IMG/VR virus record: IMGVR_UViG_3300033550_000002
Location: 15,685 to 79,684 of that record
DNA: 64,000 bases
Source: a virus
Strand: one strand, 5' to 3'
A program made the translations under genes and the position numbers. Every line of letters begins with the position of its first letter. The first letter of the stretch is position 1. The notes under the pieces were generated by a model. That model was not told where the DNA came from. It ran no database searches and saw nothing but the letters and a program-made list of their open reading frames with translations. Below are positions 9,733-19,311 of this stretch, piece by piece.

Positions 9733-10575
9733 TCAGCGGCGCAGCCTAGGCCGAATCACGCACGGGAAGCACTTGGGGTGCGGGCTCAGTTCGGACGCCC
9801 GGCCGTCGCGGACCATCGAGGTCAGCTTCTCGGCCCTCCGGAGGACCCCCTCGGCCACGTCGTCCCTGTATGCACAGGACGTGACCCAGATGTCCTCCAC
9901 GTTGTTCGAGTCGCGGGGGATGAAGACGAGCACCGCATAGTCCGCCTGACGGCCGGACCGACGCAAGCCCCGCAGGTAGAGCATGGTCTGGCCCATGTAC
10001 TCGTCGGGCACGCCGCCCGACTGCTCGGCCGAGGCCGCGATCAGGCCCACCAGTCGGGCCATCTGCTCTTCCTTCAGCAGTCCGCCGCGCTCCAGCGCCC
10101 GTAGCTCATCCAGTTCCGCGCGCTCCTGGGCGGTCAGGCCCATGGTGTACGCGGAGGGGTTGGCTGAAGACCGGTACTCCTTCAGCTTCTTCAGGTCGGT
10201 GGTCTTCCAGTCGACGATCGTGAGCTTCTTCGGCAGGTACAGGTCGATGTGCCCCTTGACCAGTCCGAGACCGGGAACTTCCGCCACCTCGACAGTGATC
10301 TCCTGCTCGGCGTGCGGGTAGATCCGGTCGAGGTCCCGCTCCAGCTTCTCGTGCACGGCTGTTCCCAGCCACGCCTTCAGGCTGAAGCCACGGTCGCCGC
10401 GTCCCTCGATGCCGAGAGAGCTGGCGATCTTCTTGGCCACGCAGACGTCGCACTTGTCGGCCAGATCACTGGGCCCGGGGGCCCGCTGGAGATCTCGCTG
10501 ACTCGGTTGCGTGATGGCGGAGACTGCGACGCCCTCGACGAAAGTCCGAATATTTTTCTGATCTTCTGTGGTCAC
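9733..10575 (-). CDS. Cas4/RecB-like PD-(D/E)xK exonuclease
   Basis: GPSDL..C..C, GTAVHE, GHIDLY, DWKT, Q..LY, C-terminal CFPC. Confidence 0.85.
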   Translation of the reverse strand: MTTEDQKNIRTFVEGVAVSAITQPSQRDLQRAPGPSDLADKCDVCVAKKIASSLGIEGRGDRGFSLKAWLGTAVHEKLERDLDRIYPHAEQEITVEVAEVPGLGLVKGHIDLYLPKKLTIVDWKTTDLKKLKEYRSSANPSAYTMGLTAQERAELDELRALERGGLLKEEQMARLVGLIAASAEQSGGVPDEYMGQTMLYLRGLRRSGRQADYAVLVFIPRDSNNVEDIWVTSCAYRDDVAEGVLRRAEKLTSMVRDGRASELSPHPKCFPCVIRPRLRR

Positions 10576-11294
10576 GTCGCAACCTTACACTCCGGCACTG
10601 ACAGCCGGGCCAGGTCGCGCGCTTCCGCGAGCACCCCCTTCCATTCGCCGTGGATCTGGGCCTCCCGGTACAGGCGCAGGCGCTCCACAGAGGTCTCCGA
10701 GCCGACGTACCGGGTCTTCCTGGCGGGCTTCTCGTGCCAGAGGTGGTACAGCGGGGCGACGCCCCGCGCCGGAGGGCCGTACAGGCCGTTCAGCGCGAGG
10801 GCCCACGCTTCGTCCTCCTGCCCCCACCCGACGAAGCCCGGGTCGAGCGGGCAGTCCAGGTACACGTCCCGGCGCAGCACCGTCACGCCGCCGCCCTCGT
10901 AGCCCTTGTAGGGGTCCTGGTCGTACCAGATCCGGCGGCCGGTCAGGGAGCCGGGCTCGTCGCCCAGGTAGATGCGCTCGGTGGCCTGCGTGCCAAACCG
11001 GTACACCTTCAGGTGCGGCATGGCCCACGGCGCTCCGTTGCGTACCGCGCACACCGCCTCGGGGAGGCCGGGCACCAGGCAGTCGGCGTCGGCCACGATC
11101 ACGATGGGTTCGCCGTTCGTCCTGGACAGGGCCGAGGCCACGGCCTGCGCCTTGCACCACGGTTCGGGCGAGTTCCCGATCAGAATCCTGGCGTTTTCCA
11201 GGTGATCGGAGTACCAGGCCGTTACGTGCTGAAGCGCTCGCCTGCGCCACGGTGTTCCGTTGGCGAACGGAATCAGGACAGCTATCTCATGCAT
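10572..11294 (-). CDS. glycosyltransferase (GT-A fold, GT2/GT7-like)
   Basis: VLIPF, ADAD, GGG..., FVGWGQED, HLWH. Confidence 0.8.
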   Translation of the reverse strand: MHEIAVLIPFANGTPWRRRALQHVTAWYSDHLENARILIGNSPEPWCKAQAVASALSRTNGEPIVIVADADCLVPGLPEAVCAVRNGAPWAMPHLKVYRFGTQATERIYLGDEPGSLTGRRIWYDQDPYKGYEGGGVTVLRRDVYLDCPLDPGFVGWGQEDEAWALALNGLYGPPARGVAPLYHLWHEKPARKTRYVGSETSVERLRLYREAQIHGEWKGVLAEARDLARLSVPECKVAT

Positions 11295-11363
11295 GGCCGT
11301 ATCCTGACACGGAAGCCGGTCCGTGGGTGGGGACGCACGGACCGGCTTCCGCCGGGGCGGCGG

Positions 11364-12044
11364 CTACTGGAGGTAGAACTCCTCGCCGCTGCTGCGGGTG
11401 ACGGCCTCCGTCAGGGCCGCGTTCTCGTGGTCCTTGTCGGTGGCCTTGCGGACCGTGAGGGTCCAGCCGTTGTCCTTCTGGCACTTGACCAGCTTCTCCG
11501 GCTCGTTCTCGAAGACACGGGCCGCGAGCGTGGCGTCGGGCTTCGGGAGCAGGATGCGCTGGAAGTCGACCGGGGTGAGGTTCTTGCGAGCGGTCGCCGC
11601 GTCGAACTTCCGGGCGGAGGACAGGATGACGGCGTTGTCGCCGTACACCCGGGTGCCGGACTCGACCGCGCGGCTCTTGATCACGGCCTTCGCCTTGTCC
11701 ACCAGGTAGACGGCCCGCTCCTTCGCCTGCTGCTGCCGCTCGATGACCTCGGCCAGCTCCTCGTCGGTCATGCTGTCGAAGTGGTCGGCCATGTCCATGT
11801 CGTCGATCTCCGTCTTCATCGCGTGCGGGTGGTCACCCGGGAGGGTGTTGACCGGGGCGTAGCCCGTCTTGCGGGGCTCGCCGTCGGGTCCGAAGTAGTT
11901 GTCGTGGAACGCGTCCGAGCTGATCCGGCGCTTCCGGCCCAGGCCGTCCTCCTGGACGGTGGAGATCGTGACGACCGCACCTCCGTCGTTGACGACCTGC
12001 ACCAGGTTGCCGGACCTGACGTTTACGAAGAGCTGCCCGTCCAT
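11364..12044 (-). CDS. hypothetical protein
   Basis: AGGAG RBS, 226-aa ORF. Confidence 0.65.
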   Translation of the reverse strand: MDGQLFVNVRSGNLVQVVNDGGAVVTISTVQEDGLGRKRRISSDAFHDNYFGPDGEPRKTGYAPVNTLPGDHPHAMKTEIDDMDMADHFDSMTDEELAEVIERQQQAKERAVYLVDKAKAVIKSRAVESGTRVYGDNAVILSSARKFDAATARKNLTPVDFQRILLPKPDATLAARVFENEPEKLVKCQKDNGWTLTVRKATDKDHENAALTEAVTRSSGEEFYLQ

Positions 12045-12164
12045 GTCTTTTCTCCTTTCCAGGGCCCCCTGTGGGGGCCTTGTAAGAACAACTCTACCAC
12101 AGAATCGGGAAGTGTTGTTCTTTGATTTCGAGAAAGAAGACAGGGGCCCCGAAGGGCCCCCGTC

Positions 12165-12461
12165 TCACTGCTCGTCGCTCAGGATGCGCTCGACGTCCTC
12201 GGCGATCTCGCCCTTGACCTGCTCGAAGAGATCCTGTCGTGCCTCACCGAGGGAGGCCCACAGGCTCGCGGCGTCCTGGTCGGCGGAGAACCCCGCCAGG
12301 TCGACGACCTGTCCCCTGGTGAGCAGCACGCGGCCGTGCGGAACGTACGCCGCCGCCCAGACGGAGATCTGGCAGTTCGCGTCCAGGTAGAGAACCGGGT
12401 CCTGGGCGAACGAACTCATCAGGGAGTCCAGGTCGCTCATCTCAAGGATCGGCTGAATCAC
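12165..12461 (-). CDS. hypothetical protein
   Basis: ORF followed by hairpin at about 12143-12161. Confidence 0.55.
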   Translation of the reverse strand: MIQPILEMSDLDSLMSSFAQDPVLYLDANCQISVWAAAYVPHGRVLLTRGQVVDLAGFSADQDAASLWASLGEARQDLFEQVKGEIAEDVERILSDEQ

Positions 12462-12470
12462 GGTCGCCCC

Positions 12471-13127
12471 CTAGACGGCAACGACGCCGCTGGCGACTCG
12501 CACCGCGTGCGAGTGCTCCAGCAGGAAGTCGTGCACGACCTTGTCGTGTTCGGCGTCGCGAAGCGCGTGGTGCTGCCCGCGCGGGTCCTGCGCCGGAAGC
12601 TCCAGGCCGTTCGGCAGACGGCCCATGCGGACGCCGGAGATGTCCTCCAGGGTCGCGATGTCCTGGAAGGGCCGACGGGGCACCGAGGCGGGCATACGGC
12701 TCCAGTCGTTGTCCCAGAGGTTGTGCACCCGCTGCATGTCCTGCGTGCCGTGGTCCGCGATGAACCCGACGGACTCGCGGGCAGCCCGCCGGTTCGTCAC
12801 GTCCTCGAAGTACATCGCCACGGAGTTCCGCAGGTCGGCGTACGAGACGACGTTGAGGTGCATCTGGTCCAGCGACCCGTCGGCGAGACGCGGCAGCTTC
12901 GACCAGACGTTCTCGCGACGCCACAGGCTTCCGGCGTCCTGGGCGTTGCGGATCTCCTCCTGGTTCATGTCGCCGTTGATCAGGTAGATGCTGCCGCGCG
13001 AGGAGTGCAGGGCCAGGGAGATCAGGCCCCTCGGCGTCATGTCGTGCGGGATGAACTCCGCGTCTCCGTAGGCGAAGAGGAAGTCCGGAAAGTGTGCGAG
13101 CAAGGTGATCTCCTGTCTCAGGTCCAC
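12471..13127 (-). CDS. DEDDh 3'-5' exoribonuclease (RNase AS/Rv2179c-like)
   Basis: GDAEF, LISLAL, HHALRDA. Confidence 0.75.
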   Translation of the reverse strand: MDLRQEITLLAHFPDFLFAYGDAEFIPHDMTPRGLISLALHSSRGSIYLINGDMNQEEIRNAQDAGSLWRRENVWSKLPRLADGSLDQMHLNVVSYADLRNSVAMYFEDVTNRRAARESVGFIADHGTQDMQRVHNLWDNDWSRMPASVPRRPFQDIATLEDISGVRMGRLPNGLELPAQDPRGQHHALRDAEHDKVVHDFLLEHSHAVRVASGVVAV

Positions 13128-13552
13128 TGGCCGTTCAGGTAGGCGCGGGCCGCCCGGAAGACCTCCGGGGCCCGCCCCTCCTTCAGGGCCAGGATGGGCG
13201 ACTCGTCGCCCAGGTGCGGGTTCATGCCGATGATCCAGGCGCGGGCCATCTCGTCGCCCTCTGCTTCGGCGATGAGGGTGAAGATCTCTCGGGCAGCTCG
13301 GAAGGTCTCGGCCGTCTCGCCGATCGACCGACCGTCGCTCACGTGGAGAACCATCTTGCGGCCCAGGTTCTCCACGAGGAAGTCGACGTTCTCACGCTGC
13401 GCCGAGAGCCACCGCTCCTGCTCGTCCAGCACGAGCTGGATCGTCCTGCGCAGGGAGCAGTTCGCCTCGTTCTTCCAGGGGCAGTCCGGCTCGATCGCCA
13501 GGTGCAGGGCCTTCGCCTGGTCGGTGATGTGGTACGGCCACTCAGCGGCCAC
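13118..13552 (-). CDS. protein with MbcA/ParS/Xre antitoxin-like C-terminal domain
   Basis: ARAWIIGMNPHLGDESPILALKEG. Confidence 0.55.
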   Translation of the reverse strand: MAAEWPYHITDQAKALHLAIEPDCPWKNEANCSLRRTIQLVLDEQERWLSAQRENVDFLVENLGRKMVLHVSDGRSIGETAETFRAAREIFTLIAEAEGDEMARAWIIGMNPHLGDESPILALKEGRAPEVFRAARAYLNGQWT

Positions 13553-13976
13553 CGTTCTCCTCCTTCTCCGTGGGGCGCTCGACGACGAAGTGCCTGCGCC
13601 GCGTTCCGTGGACGAGGACGAGCGTCGCGTCCCCGACGATGTTCCAGCCGTGGGTGATGCCGCCCGCGCCGTGCCGACGCCCCATGCACTGGCAGTTGCA
13701 GTCACGGCTCTTGGCGTTCCAGCACCGGGTGTCGCAGCGCTCGACGCACGTGAAGTCCACGTAGACGTCGATCCGGCCGAGACGCCTCGCGAGCGCTTCG
13801 ACCACCGGCTCGAAGTGCGTCCGGGCGATCTCCCAGCGCTGCTCTTCCTTGTTCCAGTCGGGCCTGATGCTCTTGCCCAGGACCGCCTTCAGCCAGCTCC
13901 GGTTGTCCTTCGAGTAGGGCATCTTCAGGACCAGGCGGCCCCTCACGGGCCGCCAGACTCCGTACTGCGGTTTCAC
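13542..13976 (-). CDS. Cys-rich hypothetical protein
   Basis: CDTRCWNAKSRDCNCQCMG..HG; GGAGG RBS. Confidence 0.6.
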   Translation of the reverse strand: MKPQYGVWRPVRGRLVLKMPYSKDNRSWLKAVLGKSIRPDWNKEEQRWEIARTHFEPVVEALARRLGRIDVYVDFTCVERCDTRCWNAKSRDCNCQCMGRRHGAGGITHGWNIVGDATLVLVHGTRRRHFVVERPTEKEENGGR

Positions 13977-14491
13977 GATGCCTCCTTCGTACCCCCGATG
14001 AAGGCACCGGGGATGGGAACGCCGTTCCGCTTGCTGCTCAGGTGGAAGGCCCGGATGTTCTCCTCGCACCGGTACGAGCGCTGCTCGGTGGTGCCGTACT
14101 CCTCGGAGAGCTTCCTGGCGTGCCTGCGGGCCCGTATCCCCGAACGGTGGATGATCTTCCCGCAGGCGCACATCGTGCGCTTGGCCTTCGCGCGGCCCAC
14201 GTCCGTGCGCCCCGAGGACAGGAACTCCTCGAAGGCGGTGCGGTCGCACCGCAGCCACTCCGGCTGCCCGGCGGGCAGAGCGTAGAACCTCCACACGATC
14301 GAACCCTGTGCGCCCATCCTGACGGTCACGAGAGCTTCGTCGACACCTCCGTCCGCGAGGCGGCGGATGTGCTCGTAGAAGACCTCTCGGCGTGCTTCCC
14401 GGACGATCCCCCGGGAGAGCCAGCGGCGCTGGCGGAACTCGTCGTGCAGTTCCGCCAGCGCCACCGTCAGGGACTTCTCGTCAGGCGACAC
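13973..14491 (-). CDS. hypothetical protein, putative Zn-binding C-terminus
   Basis: CACGK...YRC...FHLSS. Confidence 0.55.
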   Translation of the reverse strand: MSPDEKSLTVALAELHDEFRQRRWLSRGIVREARREVFYEHIRRLADGGVDEALVTVRMGAQGSIVWRFYALPAGQPEWLRCDRTAFEEFLSSGRTDVGRAKAKRTMCACGKIIHRSGIRARRHARKLSEEYGTTEQRSYRCEENIRAFHLSSKRNGVPIPGAFIGGTKEAS

Positions 14492-15983
14492 GGAACTCGG
14501 GCTCCTGGACCGGCGCGGGGTAGCGGTCGATCCAGGCGAGTCCGGAGCGGTCGAGGTGACGCTTGGCGCGGGTGACGGCCACGTAGTGGATCATCGCCTC
14601 GTGCCGGTCGATGGTGCCGGGCTCCAGCTCCATCGTCAGGGGGTTCTCGAACGGGCGGGGCTCGAAGAAGTCGTCGCCGAGCTGGACCCGGTCCCACTCC
14701 AGACCCTTGATCGAGTGGCAGGTGGTGACCGCGACGTCGTGCTTCGGGTACCGGTCGCTGTACTCGACCATCTGCTTGCACGCGTCGATCAGGGGGCTGA
14801 TCTTGTACGCCTGGATGAGCTTCACGATCGACTTGAGGTGGCCGCCGCCCGGCTCCTCCGTGTAGTCGACCAGCTCCTGCCAGTTACTGAAGGCGCTCAG
14901 CTCCAGGCTGCGCGGCTTCTCGCCCTTCATGAGGCTGGACGCCGCGTAGGCGATGTCCAGGATCTGCTTGGTGCCCTTCACCATCGCGACCCGCTTGCCC
15001 GCCATCAGGTAGCTGATGGCGTACTCCATCGCTCCGGCGTTGGTCCGGGTCAGAACCACGTCGGGGTCGGGCATCTCGCCCTCGGTGACCCGGTCGTTGA
15101 TCGAGTCGAGACCCTTGATCGTCACGCCGGTCAGCGTGTGCGGCAGGTGCTTCATGGCCTCCTCGGCCACCGCGTTGCCGAAGCGGAAGGACTGCGTCAG
15201 GTACAGGCGCTCGCCCTCGAACTTCAGGATCTGGTCGGAGGCACCGCGCCAGGCGTACAGGGCCTGGCTCGGGTCGCCGATCAGGACGCCCTGCGCGCCC
15301 TTCTGGTTGGACAGGAACTTCATCGTGCAGTCGTTACTGTCCTGCGCCTCGTCGATCAGGACGGCCTCGTAGCCGAAGTTCCGGCCGCCCTCGGCGACCA
15401 GCTTGAAGGCGTGGGTCATCGTGAAGGGGAGCCACGAGCCCGGCTGGATCGCCTCCAGCCAGATCCGCCAGGCGAGCTTCGCGATGTGGATGCGGGACGC
15501 CTCCATGCTCGTCTGCTCGACACCGGCCACCGCGAAGTACACGTCCTTCTCGGTGATCTTCTTGTGGTCGGAGTTGCAGAACCGGTTGATCGCCTCGGCG
15601 GCCAGGCGGGCCTGCGTGAACCCGTCGAGCATCAGCCCGCTGCCGAAGTCGACCGGCTTGATGCCGAGGCGCTTGGCGATGGCCGAGGCGGGCACGTGCG
15701 GCGCGTCGATCCTCATGCGGTCCGCGTGCGTGTCGGCGTACGAGCGCCAGGCCATCTGGCTGGTGGTGCGCACGTCCACCCAGGGCATGTCCTTGAACTT
15801 GCGCTCCGCCTCCTTGCGGGCGGCGGTGTTGTAGACCAGGTAGAGCGTCTTCTTGCCGCGCATCTGGTGTGCCATGCCGACGGCGGTGGCGCTCTTGCCG
15901 GAACCGGCGGGCGCGATCAGGGAGAACGACACCCCCTTGGCGGCCAGGTCGATCGCGGCCTGCTGCTCCTCCGTGAACTTCAC
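14481..15983 (-). CDS. UvrD/Rep-like SF1 helicase
   Basis: APAGSGKS, IDEAQD, IGDPSQALYAWRGA, LTQSFRF, HSIKGLEW, YVAVTRA. Confidence 0.92.
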   Translation of the reverse strand: MKFTEEQQAAIDLAAKGVSFSLIAPAGSGKSATAVGMAHQMRGKKTLYLVYNTAARKEAERKFKDMPWVDVRTTSQMAWRSYADTHADRMRIDAPHVPASAIAKRLGIKPVDFGSGLMLDGFTQARLAAEAINRFCNSDHKKITEKDVYFAVAGVEQTSMEASRIHIAKLAWRIWLEAIQPGSWLPFTMTHAFKLVAEGGRNFGYEAVLIDEAQDSNDCTMKFLSNQKGAQGVLIGDPSQALYAWRGASDQILKFEGERLYLTQSFRFGNAVAEEAMKHLPHTLTGVTIKGLDSINDRVTEGEMPDPDVVLTRTNAGAMEYAISYLMAGKRVAMVKGTKQILDIAYAASSLMKGEKPRSLELSAFSNWQELVDYTEEPGGGHLKSIVKLIQAYKISPLIDACKQMVEYSDRYPKHDVAVTTCHSIKGLEWDRVQLGDDFFEPRPFENPLTMELEPGTIDRHEAMIHYVAVTRAKRHLDRSGLAWIDRYPAPVQEPEFRVA

Positions 15984-15992
15984 GGGCTTCTC

Positions 15993-16277
15993 CTATTCCG
16001 TCTTTTCTTCATCCTGGCGGCCCGGGACGAAGTCTTCGGGCCACATTCCGAAGAAGTCGGCGAGCCGGTCGAGGTCCCTGGAGTCCCAGGTTCCCGCCTG
16101 GATCTTCCGGGGCATGTACGCCTCGGAGACTCCCAGGTGATCAGCCAGCTCGCGCAGCTTCCTCGTGTACACCTTCCGGACCGTGCTCCCGGTGAGGGAT
16201 TCTCGGTCCTCGCTGACCTTGAGGGCCAGCATGTTCTCGACGGTCTGACTGATCGTCGCGCCTGTATTTTTCGCCAC
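15993..16277 (-). CDS. HTH DNA-binding protein (Xre/Cro-like)
   Basis: RELADHLGVSEAYMPRKI, LDRLADFFG. Confidence 0.7.
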   Translation of the reverse strand: MAKNTGATISQTVENMLALKVSEDRESLTGSTVRKVYTRKLRELADHLGVSEAYMPRKIQAGTWDSRDLDRLADFFGMWPEDFVPGRQDEEKTE

Positions 16278-16361
16278 GGTCTCTCCTCGTGATTGCCTCA
16301 CTTAAAGATACCGCCGTTTTCCCTTCTTCTGTGATTCTAGCACAGAAGAACTTCAACTTGC

Positions 16362-16886
16362 TTACAGGCTACGGAGGTAGTCGCCGAGGCGGATCGGCTT
16401 GTCCTCGATCACCACGACCTGGTCGGAGAGGCCGGAGTTGTCGGCCTCCTCGATCAGCTTCTTCTTGTGCGCCTCGACCTTCGCCACCCTGGCCTGGCGC
16501 ACCAGGCCCATCGCGCGGTCGTGGCGACCCTTCTCGATGAGCCTGCGGGCCGCGTTCTGCTGCGGCGGCGTCTCCCGCTGAACCTCCGTCGGCACCTCGG
16601 CGGGCTTCACCGGGGCGGGCGGCTCGGCCACGGGTGCGTCGACCACCTCGGACCGCTGTACCCCGGCCGACGGCTCACGCAGCTCCACCTCCTGGGTGAC
16701 GCCCTCCGCCTGCTGGGCGGCCACGGCGTCCTGGTAGTACTTCAGTGCGGCGTCTGATCCGCTGCGGATGTACGCCTCAACCATGTCGGCGGAGAACAGG
16801 AAGTCCTCGAAGGCTCCTCCGCCCATCGCGCCCATGTACTGCCCGGCGGCCTGTGCAGCCGCCGCACGGATCTCGATGTCGTCCAC
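16362..16886 (-). CDS. hypothetical protein
   Basis: GAGGGG RBS, GTG start. Confidence 0.6.
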   Translation of the reverse strand: MDDIEIRAAAAQAAGQYMGAMGGGAFEDFLFSADMVEAYIRSGSDAALKYYQDAVAAQQAEGVTQEVELREPSAGVQRSEVVDAPVAEPPAPVKPAEVPTEVQRETPPQQNAARRLIEKGRHDRAMGLVRQARVAKVEAHKKKLIEEADNSGLSDQVVVIEDKPIRLGDYLRSL

Positions 16887-17021
16887 GTTCCCCCTCTTTT
16901 CAATTCCAGGGCGGGAGTTCGCCATGCACCAGGAAGTACAGCAGCCCGTAGACCGCCGAGAGGACGATCAGTATGACCGCACCCTGGAGCAGGGCGATTC
17001 CCAGGTTTCTGAAGTTCTGCT

Positions 17022-17270
17022 TCACCGGTACATCCGGCGGACCGCTTCGACGTCGTCGGCGCGGTACCCGAGACCGTTCCAGGTGCGCACCGGGCGGATG
17101 CCGTTGCGAACCAGGACGTTGCGGGTGCGGCGGGCGTTCAGGCCCAGCCGGACCGCCGCCTCGTGGAGGGGGATGATCGGGTCGACGCTCTGCGGCGTGC
17201 TCTCGCCGCGTGCGCGCCTGCGCTCCTCGCGCTCGCGCTTCACGTCGGACCACTTGGTGTGCGGGTTCAT
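17022..17270 (-). CDS. small HTH protein
   Basis: IPLHEAAVRLGL...YRADDVEA (MerR/Xis-like). Confidence 0.55.
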   Translation of the reverse strand: MNPHTKWSDVKREREERRRARGESTPQSVDPIIPLHEAAVRLGLNARRTRNVLVRNGIRPVRTWNGLGYRADDVEAVRRMYR

Positions 17271-17419
17271 TCCCTCTCCCTCTTGCGCCGTCGAAGTTCA
17301 GCCAGGCCCAGGATTCGGATGGTGTCCGCGAGGCTCCGGCTGTCCTTTTCCGAGAAGTCCTGGAACTCGGACTTCTCCTCCTTCGTCAGCCGGATCGTAA
17401 CGCGTTCGTCGCGTGCCAT
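17267..17419 (-). CDS. ribbon-helix-helix protein
   Basis: RVTIRLTKEEK...SLADTIR. Confidence 0.55.
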   Translation of the reverse strand: MARDERVTIRLTKEEKSEFQDFSEKDSRSLADTIRILGLAELRRRKRERE

Positions 17420-17427
17420 GCCCGCCT

Positions 17428-17646
17428 CTACGAGTGGTCGATGCCGCTGACCGCGCTGCTGCCGGGCCCCTCGGCGACGGCGGGGCCGGTGTTGCGGACG
17501 GTGATCCGGGTACCGGGGCGGGGCGCGGGGCCGGAGTAGCCGGAGACCGCCCGGCCGCCGCCCGACTGCACGGCGGGGCCGGTGTCCTGGATCTTCACGT
17601 TGCTCCGGCGGCGGAGCCGCGCCCACATGCGCTCGACGGTTTCCAT
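17428..17646 (-). CDS. hypothetical protein
   Basis: GAGGT RBS; internal repeat TGPAV. Confidence 0.5.
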   Translation of the reverse strand: METVERMWARLRRRSNVKIQDTGPAVQSGGGRAVSGYSGPAPRPGTRITVRNTGPAVAEGPGSSAVSGIDHS

Positions 17647-17708
17647 GAACCTACCTCTCTGTTCGGTAAGTTCAGTCTACGGCAGACTTTGGCTGCCAAT
17701 CAAGTCCC

Positions 17709-18086
17709 TCAGGAGCGGCCGGGCGAGCAGTAGAGGGCGAACCCCACGGCCACGGCCGTCACCAGCAGGCACGGCAGGGAGAACGTGAGGAACGTCGAGA
17801 CGGCACCGACTCCGGCCACGATCCACATGCCCAGGTAGAGGCGCTGATCGTGCACCACGTGCTCGACCACGCGCTCGACGCCCTCCTGTTGGATGTAGGG
17901 CGACTCCTGCTGGATCTTCACGATCCGGTGGTAGGCCATGTCGGCCGCCCGCTCGTGCGCCTCCGGCCCGAAAGCGCCGATCCCGTCAGGGGTGGGAGAT
18001 CCCGCGCGAGCGCGCTCGGCAGGAGGGTGCGCGAGACTCCGGCGTCGAGCCGTGGAGCCGAAGATCTCGTCCTTGTCGTAGCTCAC
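17709..18086 (-). CDS. membrane protein
   Basis: two C-terminal hydrophobic segments. Confidence 0.55.
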   Translation of the reverse strand: MSYDKDEIFGSTARRRSLAHPPAERARAGSPTPDGIGAFGPEAHERAADMAYHRIVKIQQESPYIQQEGVERVVEHVVHDQRLYLGMWIVAGVGAVSTFLTFSLPCLLVTAVAVGFALYCSPGRS

Positions 18087-18160
18087 CGAAACCGCATCAC
18101 CTTTCCCTCCACTTCCACACCCGATTGTGCGGTACGTTTCGCCTTTTTGGCCAGCACGAA

Positions 18161-18186
18161 AAGGGCCCGGCCGAAGCCGGGCCCTC
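18161..18186 (-). terminator. intrinsic terminator hairpin
   Basis: gggcccggc-cgaa-gccgggccc with T-run on - strand; near-identical hairpin at about 45762-45786. Confidence 0.65.
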
Positions 18187-18188
18187 GT

Positions 18189-18920
18189 CTACAGGGTCAG
18201 GAACAGGAGCAGTCCGTTCATCGCGAGTGCGACGGCAAGAGCCGGACCCTTCTCCTCCTTCTGACCGGACTTCACGTAACTCCCGAGAAGGCGGAAGTTC
18301 CACCACCGCTTCCCGCTGAACTTCACCGGCCACAGGGCGGGGACCCCGGAGGTGGTGCACCCGTCCGCGATCACGTGGCTCAGGTAACCGCCGCCGACGG
18401 CCAGGGCCATCAGCCAGGGCGTCATGTACAACCCGGCGGCGTACGAGACCGCGACCGCACCGAGGAAGCAGACCGCCATGGCGATCCGGCGGGAGACCTT
18501 GCCCTTCTTCCGGTACACCGGCCAGAGCAGGAACACGCCCAGGCCGGTCACCAGTCCGCCCAGGGTCGCCGTGTCGGCGAGGTAGGCGAGCGCCGAGAGC
18601 GCCAGCGTCACCAGGACGGTGTGGGTGAGCGTCCGGTGCACCGGGTCTTGCCGGTTGATCCGCTTCCAGTTCGCATGGCTGACGTCACGGCCGGTCGAGG
18701 TGGACGTCAGGGCCGCCCGGCTGACCCGGTGGACCGCACGGTGCGCGAGCGGTCCGACGGCCTGGCTCGCCAGGGAGTTCGGACTGTCGATGTCGGGCAG
18801 CAGGGAGAATCCGGCCGAGACGGCCGCCATGATGACACCCTGCGGGATCGACACGGCCCCGGTCAGGGTCACCCCTGCGGGGACGGAGACCCCGATGGCC
18901 GCGTGGACGGTCCCCTTCAC
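18189..18920 (-). CDS. membrane-bound metal-dependent hydrolase (YdjM-like)
   Basis: H near N-terminus, LLPDID, HRTLTH, SHVIAD..T..GVP..WP. Confidence 0.85.
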   Translation of the reverse strand: MKGTVHAAIGVSVPAGVTLTGAVSIPQGVIMAAVSAGFSLLPDIDSPNSLASQAVGPLAHRAVHRVSRAALTSTSTGRDVSHANWKRINRQDPVHRTLTHTVLVTLALSALAYLADTATLGGLVTGLGVFLLWPVYRKKGKVSRRIAMAVCFLGAVAVSYAAGLYMTPWLMALAVGGGYLSHVIADGCTTSGVPALWPVKFSGKRWWNFRLLGSYVKSGQKEEKGPALAVALAMNGLLLFLTL

Positions 18921-19267
18921 TCGACGGCCCTCACGATCGCCTGGACATCGACGGAGCGGACGTCCTTGAAGCCGCGCAGGGCGTTCTCGATGTGCGACCG
19001 GCACAGGGTCGGGATCTCTCCGGCGTCGTAGTACGTGCCGTCGAAGAGGATTTCCGCCGACACGTACGCGCGGTTCCGGGTGCCTTCCGGCACGACCGGG
19101 AGCGAGTCGCCCCGGAGGGCCGCCCGGAGCCGCCTGGAGGCGATGCGCAATCCGGGCCGGTAGCGGTCGTCGGTCTTCGCGTCGTCGTGCAGGGCGTCCA
19201 TCTCCAGCGCCATGGACTCCAGCAGCTTGCGCTCTTCCTGGTTCATCGTTTCCTCTCTCGTGGACAT
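18917..19267 (-). CDS. hypothetical protein
   Basis: ORF overlapping next start. Confidence 0.5.
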   Translation of the reverse strand: MSTREETMNQEERKLLESMALEMDALHDDAKTDDRYRPGLRIASRRLRAALRGDSLPVVPEGTRNRAYVSAEILFDGTYYDAGEIPTLCRSHIENALRGFKDVRSVDVQAIVRAVE

Positions 19268-19311
19268 GCCGACGGCCGGGGCCCTTGCGGACCCCGGCCG
19301 TCAGGTCGTTC

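Noticed and set aside
9733-10575. Cas4-like gene as sign of a CRISPR-Cas system
   Set aside because: No repeat-spacer array or other cas genes were seen; it is paired with a RecT-like gene as a phage recombination nuclease
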